NCBI GenBank assembly: GCA_963806905.1
Contig: CAWEAA010000006.1
Coordinates: forward strand, 13,640 to 77,639
Length of the DNA: 64,000 nt
DNA from: an uncultured Verrucomicrobiae bacterium
Lineage (GTDB): Bacteria > Verrucomicrobiota > Verrucomicrobiia > Limisphaerales > UBA11358
Direction of reading: 5' to 3'
Shown here: positions 59,020 to 64,000 of the stretch, one piece after another
Layout: each line of letters begins with the position of its first letter
Position numbering within the stretch: the stretch's first letter is position 1
Made by a program: the position numbers and the translations under genes
Notes under the pieces: generated by a model
Told to the model about the DNA's origin: nothing
Database searches by the model: none
What the model saw: the letters and a program-made list of their open reading frames with translations, nothing else

Positions 59020-59146
59020 AAAACTCCAAATTCCAAGCTTCAACATCCAGAGAAGCTCCAATCATCAAGCCTCAAGTTTCACCGGCGTTTTGGAGTTTGG
59101 TTCTTGGAATTTCTCTGGAGCTTGGATGTTGGTGATTGGAGCTTTT
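59019..59146. repeat. ctccaa/ttggag low-complexity strand-switching repeat
   Basis: 59019-59070 is rich in ctccaa, ttccaag and gctccaatca. 59087-59146 holds their complements in the same, not inverted, order. The second half encodes the C-terminal tail of the 59079-59894 protein. Confidence 0.7.
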
Positions 59147-59894
59147 GCGCTTCTTTTTCCAGCTTCGCCAGCGTTTCCGGGTCGCGCACGTCCACCCAGC
59201 GGCCTTGAATCTCCAACCCGGCCAGCCGATGTCCGGCGGCAATCATCGCGCTGATGGCGTCGGTCAATTCATATTCGCCGCGCGGCGACTTTTGCAGCCG
59301 CGCCGTGAAGTCGAACAGCAAGGGGCGGAAAATATAAATGCCCGCGTTGTACCAGACCGGCGTGTTGGGTTTGAGCCAGCCGTCGCGACGCAATTGTTCC
59401 AATTGTTCCGGTGACGGTTTCTCCACGAGCCGTTTCAGACAAAATTGTTCGTCGAAAAAGTTCAACCCGCCTTTCGTCACGTCCTCGCCGCGCGTGACAG
59501 TGATGACGCCGGCAAAATCGCCTTCGCCGAAGCGCCGTAGCATTTGCGGATAGGTTTCCGGTGGAACGAGAATGTCGCCGTACGTCAGCAGGAACGGCGA
59601 GTCGCCAACGAATTCCTTCGCCGCCTCCGGCGCCTTGCCGGTGCCGTCCTGAACGACCTGCCGGCCAAATGCGATGCGCGCATTCCATTTCGAGCCGTCG
59701 CCAAAATGGTTTTCGACAACCTCGGCGCGCCAGCCGGTGACGATGAAGATGTCGCGAACACCCGTCGCCAGGATGCCGGCGACAAGGTGTTCAAGAATTG
59801 GTTTGCCCTGCACGCGGAGCATGGGCTTGGGCAACTCGTCGGTGAGTTCCCGCATGCGTGTGCCCTTGCCGGCGGCCAGAATGACAGCTTTCAC
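59079..59894 (-). CDS. Sugar-phosphate nucleotidyltransferase
   Basis: 271 aa. N-terminal MKAVILAAGKGTRMRELTDELPKPML. The last 25 or so residues (KLQSPTSKLQRNSKNQTPKRR) are encoded by a repeat. Confidence 0.82.
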   Translation of the reverse strand: MKAVILAAGKGTRMRELTDELPKPMLRVQGKPILEHLVAGILATGVRDIFIVTGWRAEVVENHFGDGSKWNARIAFGRQVVQDGTGKAPEAAKEFVGDSPFLLTYGDILVPPETYPQMLRRFGEGDFAGVITVTRGEDVTKGGLNFFDEQFCLKRLVEKPSPEQLEQLRRDGWLKPNTPVWYNAGIYIFRPLLFDFTARLQKSPRGEYELTDAISAMIAAGHRLAGLEIQGRWVDVRDPETLAKLEKEAQKLQSPTSKLQRNSKNQTPKRR

Positions 59895-59944
59895 GGGCGG
59901 AATTTAACCACGGACCTGTCCTCCGTAGCAACACTGCGAAGGAT

Positions 59945-60020
59945 GGATGAACACAGATGAACACGGATTTTTCACGACGGGGAATTGAAAACCCATCTAC
60001 GCAATCCGCGTAATCTGCGG
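59945..60020. repeat. Tandem micro-repeats (gatgaacacN x2; aatcYgcgK x2), partly complementary
   Basis: ggatgaacacagatgaacacggat is followed 26 nt later by atctacgcaatccgcgtaatctgcgg. Only about 13/17 nt are complementary with one gap. Confidence 0.45.
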
Positions 60021-60920
60021 TTAGAACTTCGTCAACTGCTCCAATTCCCTGACGCGCCGGTCAATGTCGGCGCGCTTGATTTTTGTGGTTTGGGTCAGGC
60101 CGAAGCCTTCGCAACAGAAGGACGCCGTGACGCTGCCATAAATCATCGCGCGGCGGAGGTTCGCCTCGATCGGACCGCGTGCCGTAGCCAGATGTCCCAT
60201 CAATCCGCCGGCGAACGAATCGCCCGCGCCGGTCGGGTCCACAAGTTTTTTCAACGGATACGCCGGCGCAACAAACATGCCTTTCGGGGATGACAAAATC
60301 GCGCCGTGTTCGCCCTTTTTGATGATGACGTAACGCGGGCCGAGCTTGTGGAGCCAGGGCAGCGCGGCGATGACGTTGTCTTCCTTCGTCAACTGGTGCG
60401 CCTCGCTGTCGTTGAGGATGAACAGGTCCACGCGTTTGAGCAGGCGCAGCAAATCCGGCAGCGCGATGTTCAGCCACAAATCCATCGTGTCGGCTGCGAC
60501 AAAGCGCGGGCGCGCCATCTGATCAAGCACGTGGTGCTGCAAGGCAGGCGCAATATTCGCCAGCAGGACGAACGACACGCGCCGATGAGATTCCGGCAGC
60601 GTGGGCGTGAAAGTCTCGAAAACGCCGAGTTCGGTTTCGAGCGTGCGGCGGCGATTCATGTTTTCTTCGTATTCGCCCGACCAGTGAAAGGTTTTGCCGG
60701 GGCGGATTTGCAAGCCTTCAAGGTCAATTTTGTGCCGCCGGTAAAGCTGGAGGTATTTCTTTGGAAAATCGTCACCGACGACCCCGATCAATTTGACCGG
60801 GCTGAAAAAGCTCGCGGCCACGGCGGCGTGGCTGGCCGAACCGCCGAGCAGGCGCGGGTTTTCCGCGTTCGGAGTTTTGATGGAATCGAGTGCGGTGGAA
60901 CCGACAATTAAGACGCTCAT
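60021..60920 (-). CDS. PfkB-family carbohydrate/nucleoside kinase
   Basis: 299 aa with the C-terminal signature DPTGAGDSFAGG. Confidence 0.85.
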   Translation of the reverse strand: MSVLIVGSTALDSIKTPNAENPRLLGGSASHAAVAASFFSPVKLIGVVGDDFPKKYLQLYRRHKIDLEGLQIRPGKTFHWSGEYEENMNRRRTLETELGVFETFTPTLPESHRRVSFVLLANIAPALQHHVLDQMARPRFVAADTMDLWLNIALPDLLRLLKRVDLFILNDSEAHQLTKEDNVIAALPWLHKLGPRYVIIKKGEHGAILSSPKGMFVAPAYPLKKLVDPTGAGDSFAGGLMGHLATARGPIEANLRRAMIYGSVTASFCCEGFGLTQTTKIKRADIDRRVRELEQLTKF

Positions 60921-60926
60921 TTGATT

Positions 60927-62417
60927 TTATTGTTTTGACTGCACCCCCGCCGGAGAAAGCACGGTGTTTGAATCGGCAGGTTTCAGGCAGGTTGGCGGTT
61001 CCAGTCCTTCGAGATATGCCTGATATGCTTTCGGGGCCTGGTCCGCCAGGCTGTTGGTGAGGGCTGCCAATTCATCCGGCAAAACCCAGCCATCCCCAAA
61101 ATACATTTTGAAGCAGGAATCCGCCAGTGCCTTGTTTTGTTGTGAAGCCGGCATTTTCTCCAAAACCGAATGAGCGAATTCTAACCCGACATCAATCCGT
61201 TCCTTGTTCAAATCAATTTTTATGACGGTCGCTTGCGGATCAATGTTGTAAACATCAGCCAGAATTTCATTGCGAGTGTCTTCATCTTTTTCCCACAGGG
61301 CTTGAATCATCTCCGGCACGGCAACTTTTGCGGGGGCACCCATTTCGGCCAGATGTTTCGCCGCAATCAACGTTTGATTCGGCTCTTTCAAAGCGGCACG
61401 CAAATCATCCAGCGTGTATGAACCGGATTTCCATTTTTCCGCCCACAGCTCCTCATGCTTTTGTTCTTTCAATGCTTGAGCCACTTCGGGAATTTGCGAA
61501 CCCAACGCCGGCGCAATTTTGGCGACGAGTTGATAAGTGTAACCTTCGTCCGGCAATTTGGCGAAATCCAATAAGTCAGGAGCAAGGAATTGTGCCGCTG
61601 GACCGGCGTCTCCAAGAATTCCCGCCGCCAGCATTTTGTAATATTCATTGAGGCCGTTGTTTGGGCGTTGGAAAAGCGCATGCAAGGCGGAGAAAATTTT
61701 TGGATTACCTGCGCTTGCACTTTTGACCAATGCCAGCGCCGCGCGAAATTGCGTGTTAGGATTGGAATCGTCCAGCAGATTTTCAACGGAAGAAAGATAA
61801 GGTTTTGCAGCGATGGAATTGCTTTCAACGAGTTCGGAAATGGTTTCAGGAACTTTTTTGGTCAAAATATTTCGATCGCAAGCCGGCGAGGAAATTAATT
61901 CGGCCAGAGCCGGAATGTCCTGCGCTTGGAAACCAATTTTTTTGAGAGCGGCAAACGCCATCGAACGATCAATATACTTTCTTGATGGAGAATAAATGAC
62001 ATCCCAAAGAAACGGCTCGATTTCAGGAACCGGTTTGCCCAATTGACCCATTCCATAAAGCGCGCCTGCGCGAACGAAATTGTTGGTGTCAATCCTCCTG
62101 CCGGCATTAACGAGCATATTCGTCTCGTTGCTGGCTTCTTTGAGAACGGCAAAGGCCGTTTCGCGATTGTTACCAAATTCCTGAATCGCTTCGTCTATTT
62201 TAGACGAGTCAAACATCCGGTGAGAGTTTGGGGGTCTTGTGTGCAAGGCGGTTTGCAAGTCCGCCTGTGCCCGGCGAGTTGAACAGCCGGCGCAAAGTCC
62301 GGCACAGACCAAAATCAAACCGGCAAATCCACCGAGCCCCGTCGCCCGGTTTTTTACAGAGGGCAAATGTGAGAACATTCGCATTGCGGACGATACATCT
62401 TTTATTTCAGCAATCAA
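60927..62417 (-). CDS. HEAT/ARM-like repeat lipoprotein, unknown function
   Basis: 496 aa. Signal peptide plus CAGCS lipobox-like site and repeated helical pairs (..RAALALVKS.., ..LAAGILGDAGP..). Confidence 0.55.
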   Translation of the reverse strand: MIAEIKDVSSAMRMFSHLPSVKNRATGLGGFAGLILVCAGLCAGCSTRRAQADLQTALHTRPPNSHRMFDSSKIDEAIQEFGNNRETAFAVLKEASNETNMLVNAGRRIDTNNFVRAGALYGMGQLGKPVPEIEPFLWDVIYSPSRKYIDRSMAFAALKKIGFQAQDIPALAELISSPACDRNILTKKVPETISELVESNSIAAKPYLSSVENLLDDSNPNTQFRAALALVKSASAGNPKIFSALHALFQRPNNGLNEYYKMLAAGILGDAGPAAQFLAPDLLDFAKLPDEGYTYQLVAKIAPALGSQIPEVAQALKEQKHEELWAEKWKSGSYTLDDLRAALKEPNQTLIAAKHLAEMGAPAKVAVPEMIQALWEKDEDTRNEILADVYNIDPQATVIKIDLNKERIDVGLEFAHSVLEKMPASQQNKALADSCFKMYFGDGWVLPDELAALTNSLADQAPKAYQAYLEGLEPPTCLKPADSNTVLSPAGVQSKQ

Positions 62418-62424
62418 CCTCCGT

Positions 62425-62862
62425 TCAGTAGCGGCCTTTGCCCTTTTGAATCAATTCGATTTCGTAACCTTCCGGCGCGTCAATGAACGCGAAAACCGTG
62501 CCGGCGGAAGTGTTCGTCGGGCCGTCGGAATATTTCAGGCCGTGCTTCGCCAGATGTCTGCCGAATTCCTCGAGGCTGTCCACTTCAAACGCAAGATGCG
62601 TGAGGTCGGCCTGCACCTGCACCGGGCCGGCGGCCGGGAAACTGCAGATTTCAATTTCCTCGTCGCCTTCCGGCGCCTTGAGAAAAACCAGTTCCGAACC
62701 GCGCGGCGATTTGTGCCGCTTGATTTCCTGAAGGCCCAGCACGTCGCGGTAAAATTTGATGGTGCGTTCCAGATCGTTCACACGGTAGCGCGTGTGCAGC
62801 AGTTTGTTCACTTTGCTCACGCGGACAAAATAGCGCAGACCCGCCAACGCGCAATTTTTCAT
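62425..62862 (-). CDS. VOC-family protein (glyoxalase I-like)
   Basis: About 145 aa. The ATG at 62862 or GTG at 62820 is preferred over 62910, which would overlap nusB. LLHTRYRVNDLERTIKFYRDVLGL and HLAFEV motifs. Confidence 0.78.
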   Translation of the reverse strand: MKNCALAGLRYFVRVSKVNKLLHTRYRVNDLERTIKFYRDVLGLQEIKRHKSPRGSELVFLKAPEGDEEIEICSFPAAGPVQVQADLTHLAFEVDSLEEFGRHLAKHGLKYSDGPTNTSAGTVFAFIDAPEGYEIELIQKGKGRY

Positions 62863-62902
62863 TTCCCCCACACGATTTTCTGCGGCATGATTGAGTTGAT
62901 TT

Positions 62903-63403
62903 ATGGGCAAACGCCGCGAGGCGCGCGAACGCGCCGTGCAATTTCTGTTTCAGCACGATTTGAATCCACCGGAGGATTTGAATCGGGCGCTCGATGAATT
63001 CTGGGGCACGCAGCGCGCGGCGGCCATCGCCGAGGAAAAAGGCCCGGCGACGTGGGGCCAGCCCCATGAACTGCCGCCGCCGACCGCCGAGGAGGCCGAG
63101 ACGCGATTGTTTGCCGACCCGCTCATTCGCGGCGTCATCGAGCGCCGCGAGGAAATTGACACGCGCATCCGGCAGCACGCGAAAAACTGGGATTTCCATC
63201 GCATCGCCACCGTGGACCGCAATATTATGCGGCTGGCGATTTACGAGATGCTGTTCCGCGAGGACATCCCGCCCGTGGTCAGCATCAACGAGGCGGTGGA
63301 CATCGCCAAAAAGTTCTCCACGCAGGACAGCGGGAAGTTCGTCAACGGAATTCTGGACAAAGTGCGCGGCGAGTTGTTGCGCCCCGCCAGAATTGTGAAA
63401 TGA
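62903..63403 (+). CDS. nusB: Transcription antitermination factor NusB
   Basis: 166 aa. RERAVQFLFQ N-terminus and the conserved block INEAVDIAKKFS..SGKFVNGILD. Confidence 0.9.
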   Translation: MGKRREARERAVQFLFQHDLNPPEDLNRALDEFWGTQRAAAIAEEKGPATWGQPHELPPPTAEEAETRLFADPLIRGVIERREEIDTRIRQHAKNWDFHRIATVDRNIMRLAIYEMLFREDIPPVVSINEAVDIAKKFSTQDSGKFVNGILDKVRGELLRPARIVK

Positions 63404-64000
63404 AATTCGCCGATCTCCATCTGCACACGCATTTTTCCGACGGCACGTTTTCACCGGAGGAACTGGCCGGGCACGGCCAGCGGCTTGGCTTCGCGGCGCT
63501 GGCATTGACGGACCACGATTCGGTCGAAGGCTGCGCGCGCATGGCGGCAGCTTGCGGGGCCGCGGGCATTGAATTTATTACCGGCACGGAACTCACGGCC
63601 GAACACATCGACACCGAGCTTCACCTGCTCGGCTATTTCGTGGATACGCAAAACGAAAAATTGCTCGTGGATATCGCCCGGTTCCAGGCCGTCCGGCAGG
63701 ATCGTATCCGCGAAATGGTGGCGCAGCTCAACAAATTGAATGTGCCGCTGGAGGTGGAAACGGTTTTTGCACTGGCCAATTGCAAATCACCGGGGCGCCC
63801 GCACGTCGCGCGCGCCCTCGTGAAGGCCGGGCTGTGCAAATCACTCGACGAAGCGTTTGAGCGTTTTCTGAAAAAAGGCCGTCCGGCATGGGTCCCGAAA
63901 GCCAAGATGTCCGCGCTCGAAGGCGTCGAGTTGATTCATCAGGCCGGCGGCCTCGCGGTGATGGCGCACCCCGGTTTGAATCGCACGGACGATATCATTC
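63400..64000 (+). CDS. PHP-domain metal-dependent phosphoesterase (partial, runs off the window)
   Basis: The ATG overlaps the nusB stop (ATGA). MKFADLHLHTHFSDG..ALTDHD PHP motifs. No stop before position 64000. Confidence 0.8.
   Translation, partial: MKFADLHLHTHFSDGTFSPEELAGHGQRLGFAALALTDHDSVEGCARMAAACGAAGIEFITGTELTAEHIDTELHLLGYFVDTQNEKLLVDIARFQAVRQDRIREMVAQLNKLNVPLEVETVFALANCKSPGRPHVARALVKAGLCKSLDEAFERFLKKGRPAWVPKAKMSALEGVELIHQAGGLAVMAHPGLNRTDDII

Noticed and set aside
59019-59146. The ctccaa/ttggag region as a simple terminator hairpin
   Set aside because: The complementary motifs occur in the same order on both halves (A B C D ... A' B' C' D'). Only local pairings are possible, for example aaactccaaa with tttggagttt, so no long stem forms.
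1-64000. tRNA, rRNA, tmRNA or riboswitch genes in the larger intergenic gaps
   Set aside because: I read the spacers (for example 22346-22442, 23187-23320, 29109-29180, 35861-35974, 36533-36729, 42917-43056, 56013-56162). I found no cloverleaf-like T-arm or anticodon patterns and no riboswitch cores I recognise. A tRNAscan or Infernal run would be needed to be certain.

Overview
About 64 kb of gene-dense, high-GC chromosome (my spot counts give 58-65% G+C in core genes). I call about 70 protein genes and found no rRNA, tRNA or CRISPR array. The backbone is housekeeping: a tolQ-tolR-tolA/tonB-tolB-pal cluster, bioD, tig, a TolC-family OMP, hisC/hisD, pyrF, fabD/fabG/acpP/fabF, deoA, purC, ptsI, efp, nrdR, speA, ogt, rnr and nusB. 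It also carries futalosine-pathway menaquinone genes (mqnA, an mqnE/mqnC-type radical SAM gene, and ubiX/ubiA-like genes), two ECF sigma loci, a Ser/Thr kinase, and several envelope glycosyltransferase and amidase genes. The gene content and the low-complexity intergenic repeats suggest a Verrucomicrobiota-like (PVC) bacterium; this is inference only. Five things are not ordinary. (1) A low-GC, two-gene cassette (44800-45790) is translationally chained to a sugar epimerase gene, and its first protein carries an HEPN-like RNxxxH motif. (2) A HigBA-like TA cassette is bracketed by a direct duplication of the hisC 5' end, next to a low-GC Cys-rich zinc-ribbon ORF that sits between hisD and hisC. 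(3) A four-helix-bundle (23S rRNA IVS-protein/Avd-like) gene sits exactly between the two arms of a hairpin repeat family that elsewhere has only a 13-20 nt loop, splitting ubiX from ubiA. (4) At least three families of GC-rich palindromic elements are inserted in frame into housekeeping genes (hisC, deoA, an aminotransferase twice, ogt, the mqn radical SAM gene, the kinase activation loop and a PMT/TPR gene). (5) Nearly every intergenic spacer holds a hairpin built from 7-9 nt tandem micro-repeats. I saw no textbook defence system. The cassette at 44800-45790 and the hisC islet are the best candidates for something undescribed.
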